31,161 nucleotides of DNA. Origin: a virus. Taxonomy: Duplodnaviria > Caudoviricetes. Positions 18,328 through 26,504 of the stretch are shown in pieces; positions within the stretch are counted from its first letter, which is position 1, and each line of letters opens with the position of its first letter. The stretch spans positions 1 to 31,161 of IMG/VR virus record IMGVR_UViG_3300012663_000606. One strand, given 5' to 3'. The notes below the pieces were generated by a model that saw only the letters and a list, made by a program, of their open reading frames with translations, searched no databases and was not told where the DNA came from. Made by a program: the position numbers and the translations under genes.

Positions 18328-20144
18328 AAAAGTTTTTAGAGAAGATTACAGAAGATGAACAAACACATAACCCTGTGGTTATGACGTTTGGTCGTATGAA
18401 TCCACCTACAATTGGTCACGAAAAACTGGTCAACAAAGTTAAACAGATTGCACAAGACTATCATGCACCGCACCATGTTATTGTATCACATTCACAAGAT
18501 GCAAAAAAGAATCCATTGCAAATTGCATCTAAACTAAAACACACAAAAAGATTCTTTCCAAATACAAATATGGAAAGTTCATCCAAAGAATCACCAACAT
18601 TCTTACAACATGCCGCAAGGTTACACCAGATGGGACATGATCATTTGGTTATGGTAGCAGGTTCAGACCGTGTGGATGAATATCAAAAGAAATTAGAACA
18701 ATACAATGGTGAAGGTCCGGGTAAACTGTTCAACTTCAAAAAGATTGAGGTTAAGTCTGCTGGTGACCGTGATCCTGATGCCGAAGGTGCAGAAGGTATG
18801 TCAGCATCTAAAATGCGTGAACATGCAAAAAATAACGACTTCACATCTTTCAAACAAGGTGTACCTGTACACTTACCAGAAAAGCACGCAAAAGAATTAT
18901 TTCGTGATGTTCGCAAAGGTATGGGTTTAAATGAAAACGTCAACCGTGGATTGTTCAAAGCAATTTTCGTTACTGGTGGACCAGGTTCTGGCAAAGATGT
19001 TATCATTCGTGAAGCCATTGCAGAAGGTAAGGCAGTAGAGTTGAATTCTGTACAAGCATTTGACTATCTAATGGACAAACAAAAGTTGTCCGAACAAACC
19101 AAAGATTATCGTAGAGAAGCTATTCGTAACCGTGGTCCATTGATTATTAATGGACCTGCCGATGATCACTCCAGAATCATTTCCATTAAGGAAGAACTGG
19201 AAGAACTTGGTTATGAAACCATGATGGTGTTTGTTGATACGACAAACGAGGCCAGTAAAGAACGCAATGAACGTTTGACAAAAATGGTTACCGAATCATT
19301 ACGCCGTGAAAAGTGGCAAATGGCACAAACAAGTAAAGAAGCGTACCGACAGAACTTTGAATCGTTTGTGGACTTTGATAATAGTTCAGAATTGAATGTT
19401 ATTGAGGAAGATATCACCGAAACTTATGACAACTTGACAAACTTCTTGGATGGTCGTCATTTCAGTGAAACTGCATACCAGTGGTTAGAAAATCACGGTA
19501 AGCTAAATATAGTAATATCAGTTAAATCGTCATTAAAGGAAAATGAATATGTTAAGAAAACTTCTAGGTTTATTCGGACTCTCCAAGAAAGAAAGTCAAC
19601 CAAGTTCGGTAGAACAGGTGGCACAGGCGCAAGAGCAGAAGGTCCAAGCGATATCAAGCCAGACAATCGAGCCAGTGACTCCAACGCCGACAACATTAAG
19701 TGGGACGGAAACAAAAGAGGTGGAAGTTACACCTTCCGAACTTACACCGAAGAAGCCAAGGTCCAAGTCAACCCAGAGCCGAAAGAAAACAACTTCAGCC
19801 AAGACAACGACAAAGTAAAAAACAAGAAACGTTTTAGAGATGTGCCTTCTGTGAGCCAGAGATTGAGAAATGTCACTGGTCTCAGCGCAGAATTTGACAC
19901 ACGCCAACAAGGAACAGTATACCCAATGTCTGGTTTAGGCGATGTGACGTACAGAGAAGAAAAGAATTTCAAGTCATTTAGAAATACACTAAGAGAAGCT
20001 ATTGATGATCCAGGTGCAAACGATATGGGTCTGGCGGGTTCTCTAAGTGGTGCTAGTAATAAAGAACCGATGGAGAATCCGAAAGATAAATTTGGATATT
20101 CATTCATTAAAAATAAAAAGAAGCCTAACGGAGACAAAAAATGA
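18324..20144 (+). CDS. HIGH-family cytidyltransferase/NMNAT-like domain + P-loop kinase-like domain + disordered tail
   Basis: FGRMNPPTIGHEKL, KNPL, VAGSDR, MSASKMR; then KAIFVTGGPGSGKD and GYETMMVFVDT. Confidence 0.85.
   Translation: MKKFLEKITEDEQTHNPVVMTFGRMNPPTIGHEKLVNKVKQIAQDYHAPHHVIVSHSQDAKKNPLQIASKLKHTKRFFPNTNMESSSKESPTFLQHAARLHQMGHDHLVMVAGSDRVDEYQKKLEQYNGEGPGKLFNFKKIEVKSAGDRDPDAEGAEGMSASKMREHAKNNDFTSFKQGVPVHLPEKHAKELFRDVRKGMGLNENVNRGLFKAIFVTGGPGSGKDVIIREAIAEGKAVELNSVQAFDYLMDKQKLSEQTKDYRREAIRNRGPLIINGPADDHSRIISIKEELEELGYETMMVFVDTTNEASKERNERLTKMVTESLRREKWQMAQTSKEAYRQNFESFVDFDNSSELNVIEEDITETYDNLTNFLDGRHFSETAYQWLENHGKLNIVISVKSSLKENEYVKKTSRFIRTLQERKSTKFGRTGGTGARAEGPSDIKPDNRASDSNADNIKWDGNKRGGSYTFRTYTEEAKVQVNPEPKENNFSQDNDKVKNKKRFRDVPSVSQRLRNVTGLSAEFDTRQQGTVYPMSGLGDVTYREEKNFKSFRNTLREAIDDPGANDMGLAGSLSGASNKEPMENPKDKFGYSFIKNKKKPNGDKK
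19549..19818 (+). CDS. Putative overprinted small protein (amphipathic N-terminus, Lys-rich tail)
   Basis: +1 frame inside 18324-20144; AAGGA (19536-40) 8 nt before ATG 19549; late-like GCTAAATA at 19502-09; MLRKLLGLFGLSKK...KKPRSKSTQSRKKTTSAKTTTK. Confidence 0.55.
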   Translation: MLRKLLGLFGLSKKESQPSSVEQVAQAQEQKVQAISSQTIEPVTPTPTTLSGTETKEVEVTPSELTPKKPRSKSTQSRKKTTSAKTTTK

Positions 20145-21355
20145 TAGACCTAAGAAAAAAAGATCCTGTAGCAGATGCAGTTAAAGAACTCCTTCAACAA
20201 GAAGGTTGGGATGACATGGTCAAATCTGCTAAAGACACATTAAAAGATAAACCACAAGATGGTGCATCTGGTGTTAAAAAAGGTTCACGTTATGGTGGTT
20301 CTAAACAAAAAGATGAGAAAGAACCTGTCAAGGAAGAACTAAAAGGCGACCAACACAAAATTGACAAGAATAAAAATAAAAAGATTGATGCTGAAGACTT
20401 TAAAATCTTACGCAAAGAAGAAACTGTTGAAGAAGGTATTAAAGACCTTGCTAAGAAAGCATTTAAAGCAATCACTGGTGGTTCAGACGAAGACCAACGT
20501 AAAAACCTTCAAAAGAAGATGGGTATCCCACAAACTGGTAAAATGGGCATGGCCAAACAAAATGAAGAAGTTGAACAAATTGATGAAGAACTGAAAACAA
20601 AAACCGCTTACGTTCCTTACGTTCATACTGACCGTCACGGTAATGGATTTGGTGGATTTGATGTTCACTATGCAAAAGAAGCTGATGCTAAAGCACACGT
20701 TGACCGTCACGGACACACAGAAGTGAATGGTAAAAAAGGTTGGGTTGAAAAACATGAAATCACAAAACACCCAGTTCATGGTGGATGGGTTGATGCAAAC
20801 TCAATGCGCCGAAATAGTGTACACGAAGAAACTGAACAACTTGATGAATTGAAGAAGTCTACTGTCAAGTCTTACATTGCTAAAAAAACAGACCAGATGC
20901 ACAATAAAGCTGGCGAGAGAATGCCTTCTATGAATCGTATCAAAAAAGATATGTCTAGTATGCAAGGTGCCCATGATAGAAACACCGGTGTGAAGCCAAC
21001 AAGCGAAGAAATTGGACAGGTTGATGAACGTTCATTGACTCCATCCGAAGAAAAGACTAAAGAACATAACGTGAAATCAATGAAGAAGGGTTTTTCTGGT
21101 TTCCGTGAACGTTACGGAAAAGATGCTAAGTCTGTGATGTATGCAACTGCAACAAAGCAAGCTAAGAACGAAGAAACTGTCGTTGAAGCACGTACACCAC
21201 AAACAGACAATCCACCTTTTGATCCTCCTTACAATACTTCATCGGGTACGGAAGTTGTGGATAAATCTGGTGCAAAACATACTCCAATGTCCAGAGTTAA
21301 ACACTTGGCTCGTCAGGCAATGAAAAAAGTTAAGAAAGACTTAGGTTCAAAATAA
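20141..21355 (+). CDS. Modular Glu/Lys-rich protein, probable capsid-internal polyprotein
   Basis: Repeated linkers EETVEE, EEVEQIDE, EETEQLDE, EEIGQVDE, EETVVE separate basic modules; RBS GGAG. Confidence 0.75.
   Translation: MIDLRKKDPVADAVKELLQQEGWDDMVKSAKDTLKDKPQDGASGVKKGSRYGGSKQKDEKEPVKEELKGDQHKIDKNKNKKIDAEDFKILRKEETVEEGIKDLAKKAFKAITGGSDEDQRKNLQKKMGIPQTGKMGMAKQNEEVEQIDEELKTKTAYVPYVHTDRHGNGFGGFDVHYAKEADAKAHVDRHGHTEVNGKKGWVEKHEITKHPVHGGWVDANSMRRNSVHEETEQLDELKKSTVKSYIAKKTDQMHNKAGERMPSMNRIKKDMSSMQGAHDRNTGVKPTSEEIGQVDERSLTPSEEKTKEHNVKSMKKGFSGFRERYGKDAKSVMYATATKQAKNEETVVEARTPQTDNPPFDPPYNTSSGTEVVDKSGAKHTPMSRVKHLARQAMKKVKKDLGSK
20564..21028 (+). repeat. Three dispersed imperfect 24-nt repeats encoding EExxQxDE
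   Basis: gaagaagttgaacaaattgatgaa (20564), gaagaaactgaacaacttgatgaa (20825), gaagaaattggacaggttgatgaa (21005). Confidence 0.7.
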
Positions 21356-21363
21356 GGTCTAAT

Positions 21364-22920
21364 ATGTCTAGCGCAAAATTAATTAAATCACTAGTGAAAA
21401 AGAATGTTGGTCCAAAATCAACATTCGGTACCAACCCAAGTGATCCATGGTCAGCCAAAGCAAACATTGCTGAGAGTGCATCATTGGATCAATACTTGTT
21501 GTCTCGTGGTATCAATCCAAAGTTTGTTTCCAAAGATACGAAAGTTGCACATTCAAAGTCTAACCTGTTTTTGAAATGGCAAGCCGACCATGCAAGACGA
21601 TTGGGTGAAGAATCAGAAGAAGTTGTGACGGAAGGTAAGGAAGATAAGATTGCTCAACTAAAGAAGGATCATGCTACCGCAGTTCATTGGAGTAAGAATG
21701 ATACTAATCCACACAAGCGTGAGGCTGCTCGTCAGAAGGCCGAGAAGATTAAAGCACACTTAGAAAAACAATATAATCAAGGCGTGGCGGAAGATTTCAA
21801 AGATCCTAAGAATAAAGAGGAAGTTTTTTCTGAAGCAACCGATAGAATGGATGTTATTGCAATGGACATTCCTTTCCTTATCCGTATGTTGGAATACGCA
21901 CGTGAAGATGCCAAGACTGACATGGCACTACACAAGGTTGTGGAGAAGTTAATCAACATCCGCAAACGTGGTGTGATGACTATGAAACAATACAAATACG
22001 TAACAAGCATCCGTGAATGTATTGAACTGACAGAAGAATATGATTGTGATTCCACTCCAAAGAACGAGAAAGAATGGAGAGCATATGCACAGAAACGTGC
22101 AGAAGCATGGAGAATCAAACTTCTAAAAGTTGACGAGGGCAAAGAAGCAGATTATGGTTACGACTATCAAAAGTCGGTTCAAACTGTAAAAGCACTTGCG
22201 GTTAAGAAACCGGTTGATATGAAGTCTCTTGCTGCACGTATGCAGGCATCATATCGCCGTGATAATGAAAAGAATAAACAAGGTGTGGCGGAATCTAATG
22301 GTTACGATGATAACCGCACAGGTTTTGCCAAGAAACCACGTGAAGATGATGAAGGTCATACAACAACTAAGTTCAAAGCTAAGTCTATTATGGATCGTCC
22401 ACACACTGTTCACATTGACGGTAATCCATGGAAGAAGTTCTCAACTGGTCACCAAGCACACGCCGCAGTCAATACACTTACATCAAAAGGTAAGAAGGCC
22501 ACTGCTATTGCTCATTTCAAAGAGAACACATTAGACTCCATGGCCGCAACACAGGCACCAAATGATTGTGCAAACAGTCCAGACACAACTATTCCAGCAG
22601 GAAAGAAGTTGATTAGAATGTCTAGGTCAGCACAAATCATCAAATCTGCATACAAAAAAGGTATGAAAGAAGAAGTGGTGCGTGAAGAACTGTACGATCA
22701 CGAAAAAGAAGATAAATCTGTATCTGGTTTGAAAAAACCAAAAGTGTCCCAACCTACAGAAAAAGCTGCATTTGGTGAAACACCAAAGGCTGCAATCGTT
22801 ATGTCTGGCGGCAAGACTATGACTGGTGGACCTCGTGACACCATCGAAATTGACCCAGCAATGAAGGGCAAACCAGGTGGTCCTAACGACCCAACAGTAA
22901 AAAAACAAAACAATAAATAA
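21364..22920 (+). CDS. Modular protein, probable capsid-internal polyprotein
   Basis: Linkers IAE, VTE, QGVAE (twice), LTE, VDE, FKE, VRE; modules such as MDIPFLIRMLEYARED. Confidence 0.75.
   Translation: MSSAKLIKSLVKKNVGPKSTFGTNPSDPWSAKANIAESASLDQYLLSRGINPKFVSKDTKVAHSKSNLFLKWQADHARRLGEESEEVVTEGKEDKIAQLKKDHATAVHWSKNDTNPHKREAARQKAEKIKAHLEKQYNQGVAEDFKDPKNKEEVFSEATDRMDVIAMDIPFLIRMLEYAREDAKTDMALHKVVEKLINIRKRGVMTMKQYKYVTSIRECIELTEEYDCDSTPKNEKEWRAYAQKRAEAWRIKLLKVDEGKEADYGYDYQKSVQTVKALAVKKPVDMKSLAARMQASYRRDNEKNKQGVAESNGYDDNRTGFAKKPREDDEGHTTTKFKAKSIMDRPHTVHIDGNPWKKFSTGHQAHAAVNTLTSKGKKATAIAHFKENTLDSMAATQAPNDCANSPDTTIPAGKKLIRMSRSAQIIKSAYKKGMKEEVVREELYDHEKEDKSVSGLKKPKVSQPTEKAAFGETPKAAIVMSGGKTMTGGPRDTIEIDPAMKGKPGGPNDPTVKKQNNK
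21625..22293 (+). repeat. Dispersed direct repeat GTGRCGGAA / CAAGGYGTGGCGGAA
   Basis: gtgacggaa 21625-33; caaggcgtggcggaa 21778-92; caaggtgtggcggaa 22279-93; all in the same frame. Confidence 0.7.
22912..22919 (+). promoter_or_regulatory. Probable late promoter variant AATAAATA
   Basis: 7/8 match; followed by hairpin TAACC-atc-GGTTA (22926-38) and RBS AAGGAG (22940-45). Confidence 0.55.
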
Positions 22921-22951
22921 AAAGATAACCATCGGTTAAAAGGAGAATAAA

Positions 22952-23818
22952 ATGTCATCTTGGGGAAATAACGATAATGCAGCTAACGCACCATACTGGG
23001 GTGTTAACTCAATCATCAATCATAATGCAACATCCGCATCGGGTCCATCCGCTGCAAACGTTGCATTGTTGTATGGAAATACACAATTCGAAGCATATAC
23101 GCAGGACACAACAGTTGGTTTGTTTATGGTAAACGCAACTGAAACTACGGCTGGCGGAGATAACGTTACTGACGTATCGTTGTCCAATCAGGGTACTGGT
23201 TACGTGGAAGCACCTTCAGTAACATTTAGTGGCGGCGGTGGTTCATCCGCTGCAGCCACTGCAACTGTCGCTGGTGGTGAAGTTACTAATATTACTATTA
23301 CAAACACCGGTTCTGCTTATACATCAAACCCAACGGTTGTGCTTCAAGTGCCTGTTTTAACAGTTCCAACTGGCCAAGTCGTTGCTGCCAATGACACAAT
23401 CATGTATGCTAGCCACGGACAAGCAAACGGTGCATCTTTGGTATTCAATTGGGGTGGTTCCGCAAACATCGGTGGTCTATTGAACGGCACAACATACTAC
23501 GTTGCACCACAGAACGGAAACAAGTTCTCATTGTCTACAACTGCTGCTAATGCTGCAAACAACATTGTTATCGACTTGACTACAACAGGTGAAACTGGTC
23601 AATATTTCACAATCGTTGCTGGAACACGTGCAACTGGTATTGCTAGTCGTGGTTTGTCACAAGGACAATCTGGGTCTGAACACGCAACACACACTGGATG
23701 GAACTTGAAGACAGTTGGTGCTGGTGGTCGTGCGGGTCGTGTACAGTTTGAAACTTTAGTTGCCATGTCTCAAATCATTGGTGATGGTTCAGACGATATA
23801 ACATTGCCTGACGCTTAA
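22952..23818 (+). CDS. Virion structural protein (Gly/Thr/Ala-rich; decoration or fibre-like)
   Basis: MSSWGNND start; GTGYVEAPSVTFSGGGGSSAAATA and GSAYTSNPTV beta-repeats; HTGWN...GRAGRVQFETLVAM end. Confidence 0.75.
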   Translation: MSSWGNNDNAANAPYWGVNSIINHNATSASGPSAANVALLYGNTQFEAYTQDTTVGLFMVNATETTAGGDNVTDVSLSNQGTGYVEAPSVTFSGGGGSSAAATATVAGGEVTNITITNTGSAYTSNPTVVLQVPVLTVPTGQVVAANDTIMYASHGQANGASLVFNWGGSANIGGLLNGTTYYVAPQNGNKFSLSTTAANAANNIVIDLTTTGETGQYFTIVAGTRATGIASRGLSQGQSGSEHATHTGWNLKTVGAGGRAGRVQFETLVAMSQIIGDGSDDITLPDA

Positions 23819-23823
23819 TCAAC

Positions 23824-23845
23824 AAGGGGGTTAACTACCTCCTTT
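23824..23845 (+). terminator. Stem-loop after the structural gene (terminator or attenuator)
   Basis: AAGGGGG-ttaacta-CCTCCTT, 7 bp with one G:U; short U tract. Confidence 0.5.
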
Positions 23846-23849
23846 CAAT

Positions 23850-24236
23850 ATGTTCGATAATTTGAATGATGATAATTTCTTAATGTATGCGATGAAGTGT
23901 TATACTTCGTCACATTGCATTATGTCTGAATTTGAGGGTGATATTAAGAGAACGAAATATCTCAAACGACTATTTCGCAGATACAAGATATCAAAATCAC
24001 TTAAAGAGAGACTTATCATCAATCACATTATTCTATTGAACAATGTTTTTGGTGCAGAAGCAACCGCAAGAATATTGTTCTATAGGACAGACGAACGTGA
24101 CTATGATATATTAAAGACCTTTTTGGTATATCTAAATATTATGCCTGACGTTGTTTATGGTATCAATGGTAAGAACATTTATACCGGCGACATACTAATC
24201 AATTACGATATTGCAGAGATATTAGATAAAATATGA
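23850..24236 (+). CDS. Conserved T4-like myophage hypothetical protein
   Basis: NFLMYAMKCY, KYLKRLFRRY, LKERLIINHIILLNNVFG, LKTFLVYLN. Confidence 0.8.
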   Translation: MFDNLNDDNFLMYAMKCYTSSHCIMSEFEGDIKRTKYLKRLFRRYKISKSLKERLIINHIILLNNVFGAEATARILFYRTDERDYDILKTFLVYLNIMPDVVYGINGKNIYTGDILINYDIAEILDKI

Positions 24237-24733
24237 AATCATTTAAACAATACTTAGACGAAAAGAGTCGTTGCTGGCCAGGTCACAAACCTGTTCCTGG
24301 GAAAGCACCTTTTTCTCCAGGTAGTTGTAAAAAAGAAGACCATGTGAAAGAATTGGAAAGTGGTTTAAAACAATTAGATAGTCACGATTATGACACTATC
24401 AATAAATTGATGATGAAAATATCTAAAGACCATGGTATAACAGGTAAAGAATTACATAATGACTTTAAATCTAAACATGGAAAAACTCCAGATGACTATA
24501 TCAATGAAGATTTGCGAAAGTGGTTTGCTCAGAAATGGGTTAGAATGGACACAAAGGGTAACATAAAAGGCCAGTGTGCTCGTGAACCAGGTGAAGGAAA
24601 ACCAAAGTGTCTACCCCAATCAAAAGCACAAGCTTTAGGAAAAGAAGGAAGAGCTTCAGCAGCACAAAGAAAACGCAGAGAGGATCCTAATCCCGAACGA
24701 AAAGGTAAACCAATATTTGTTAGGACAAAATAA
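24233..24733 (+). CDS. Modular basic protein with capsid-targeting-like N-terminus
   Basis: MKSFKQYLDE; CWPGHK...GSCKKE module; INE then DLRKWFAQKWV...KPKCLP module. Confidence 0.75.
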   Translation: MKSFKQYLDEKSRCWPGHKPVPGKAPFSPGSCKKEDHVKELESGLKQLDSHDYDTINKLMMKISKDHGITGKELHNDFKSKHGKTPDDYINEDLRKWFAQKWVRMDTKGNIKGQCAREPGEGKPKCLPQSKAQALGKEGRASAAQRKRREDPNPERKGKPIFVRTK

Positions 24734-25465
24734 ATGAAATCATTCAATCAATTTATAAAAGACTCAACTTGTTCCGGCAACGAGTGTATGGATTATCTAG
24801 AAGAAAAAAATAAACCAACAAGTCCAGAAAAATGGGCTAGAGCTAAAGCTGCAGCAAAATCCAAATTCGATGTTTATCCTTCAGCATACGCTAATGCATG
24901 GGCATCAAAGAAGTATAAAGCTATGGGCGGCGGATGGAAAGCTGTTAGTGAAGAACTAGATGAGAACCACATTGCTATAGCCATGGGTAAAGAATTGGAT
25001 GATGAAGGCAGTATGATTTTAAATCAACTGGATCATATGGAACGTTCTATCAATATGATGCGTGATGTTGTCAAAGATAAGAACATGCAAGTTCCTGCTT
25101 GGGTTCAATCCAAAGTAACTTTAGCTGCTGACTACATCGAAACTGCTTCAGGTTATATGTCTAGTAAAAATGAAGAAGTTGACCTGGAAGAGAGTGCTGC
25201 ATGGCAACGCAAAGAAGGTAAAAACCCAGAAGGTGGTTTGAACCAAAAAGGTGTTGATTCATATCGCCGTGAGAATCCAGGTTCCGAACTAAAGACTGCT
25301 GTTACAACCAAACCATCTAAGTTGAAACCAGGTTCTAAAGCAGCAAATCGCCGTAAATCATTTTGTGCTAGAATGTCTGGCATGAAAAAGCGTTTGACTT
25401 CTGCAAAGACAGCAAATGATCCCGATTCACGCATCAACAAATCATTGAGAAAGTGGAATTGCTAA
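24734..25465 (+). CDS. Modular basic protein with capsid-targeting-like N-terminus
   Basis: MKSFNQFIKD; modules KFDVYPSAYANAW, PAWVQSKVTLAADY, AAWQRKEGKNPEGGLN...RRKSFCARM...LRKWNC separated by LEE, EELDE, EEVDLEE. Confidence 0.8.
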   Translation: MKSFNQFIKDSTCSGNECMDYLEEKNKPTSPEKWARAKAAAKSKFDVYPSAYANAWASKKYKAMGGGWKAVSEELDENHIAIAMGKELDDEGSMILNQLDHMERSINMMRDVVKDKNMQVPAWVQSKVTLAADYIETASGYMSSKNEEVDLEESAAWQRKEGKNPEGGLNQKGVDSYRRENPGSELKTAVTTKPSKLKPGSKAANRRKSFCARMSGMKKRLTSAKTANDPDSRINKSLRKWNC

Positions 25466-25818
25466 TGTTATCGTTTAAACAATATTTGGGACCAGAATCA
25501 ACAAAATCCCAAGACTCGGAAGAAATCTTGCGTCAGAAAAGAAATCTGACTGACAAAGCCAAAGAAAACCACGAACAGTCTGAACACGAAAAGATGTATG
25601 GTCACGGTGGAGCAGCAGAGGCGAAATCCAAGAGTTATGAGAACGCCAGAGATAACATCAAAGAAGATGGTGCTGGTGGTATGGGTGGTGCGGTTCCAAC
25701 CAATACTGTAGGATCTGGTGGTATTGCAGGTACTGGTGGTGCAGGTGGAGAACCTGGAGTATCCAAGAAACGCAATCCAACAATGTCATTCTTCAAGCGC
25801 AAACAATCAAAGGTGTAA
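25465..25818 (+). CDS. Small protein with capsid-targeting-like N-terminus and Gly-rich tail
   Basis: TAATG-coupled start MLSFKQYL; IKE then DG...PTNTVGSGGIAG...EPGV. Confidence 0.75.
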   Translation: MLSFKQYLGPESTKSQDSEEILRQKRNLTDKAKENHEQSEHEKMYGHGGAAEAKSKSYENARDNIKEDGAGGMGGAVPTNTVGSGGIAGTGGAGGEPGVSKKRNPTMSFFKRKQSKV

Positions 25819-25821
25819 CCC

Positions 25822-26250
25822 ATGTGGTTATTGAAATTGTTACCTGATTGGTTTTTTTATTTCATACTACTTGCGGGTCTAGTTGGTTACCTTGCAACGT
25901 ATCTGCTTAGATATATTCCCATACCCACAATTTACATGTATAAGACACCAATTCAATTGGGGTCTATTGCACTTATTGTAATTGGTACTTTTATGACTGG
26001 TGCCATCCACGACAATAATGCGTGGTTAGACCGTGTACATGAGATGGAAGCAAAAGTGGCCAAGGCAGAAGAAGAATCTAAACAAGCCAATGCGGCAATA
26101 GATGCCAAGGTTGAAGAAGAAACTGCAAAGATTAAAGAGAAAAGAGTGGTGTTAAAAGAGTACATCACCAAAGAAATAGTTAAGTACGATTCCACTTGTA
26201 CTATTCCAAAAGAATTTGTTGACGTTATTAATAAGGCAGCAACAAAATGA
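25822..26250 (+). CDS. Putative inner-membrane spanin (Rz-like)
   Basis: N-terminal TM segments, coiled coil, C-terminal Cys (CTIPKEFV); adjacent lipoprotein and endolysin. Confidence 0.7.
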   Translation: MWLLKLLPDWFFYFILLAGLVGYLATYLLRYIPIPTIYMYKTPIQLGSIALIVIGTFMTGAIHDNNAWLDRVHEMEAKVAKAEEESKQANAAIDAKVEEETAKIKEKRVVLKEYITKEIVKYDSTCTIPKEFVDVINKAATK

Positions 26251-26504
26251 GATATTTACTAATATCATTATTACTTCTAGGTGGTTGTTCAACTACTGTA
26301 CCAGTCACAGTCAAGTTTCCCCAACCACCCGCATCCATGAGTTCGTGTGGTGAATTAGGTAAACTAAATAATGAAGCGAAGTTAAGTGATGTTGCCGAAT
26401 CGGTCTCCACCAACTATTCGATATATTATGAATGTTCTGTGAAAAATGATGCATGGATTGAATGGTATCAAGTACAGAAATCAATATTCGAAAGTGTAAA
26501 ATAA
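26247..26504 (+). CDS. Putative outer-membrane lipoprotein spanin (Rz1-like)
   Basis: Lipobox LLLLGG-C, Pro-rich FPQPP, further Cys residues. Confidence 0.75.
   Translation: MRYLLISLLLLGGCSTTVPVTVKFPQPPASMSSCGELGKLNNEAKLSDVAESVSTNYSIYYECSVKNDAWIEWYQVQKSIFESVK

Noticed and set aside
20630-20712. Short GACCGTCACGG duplication (DRHG twice)
   Set aside because: Only two 11-nt copies within one module; no further structure
20564-22293. CRISPR-like array interpretation of the dispersed repeats
   Set aside because: Repeats are short, imperfect, in-frame and irregularly spaced; no cas genes are present
24131-26370. TCTAAATA (24131-38) and ACTAAATA (26363-70) as late promoters
   Set aside because: Intragenic partial matches about 95-135 nt from the next start; expected by chance in AT-rich DNA
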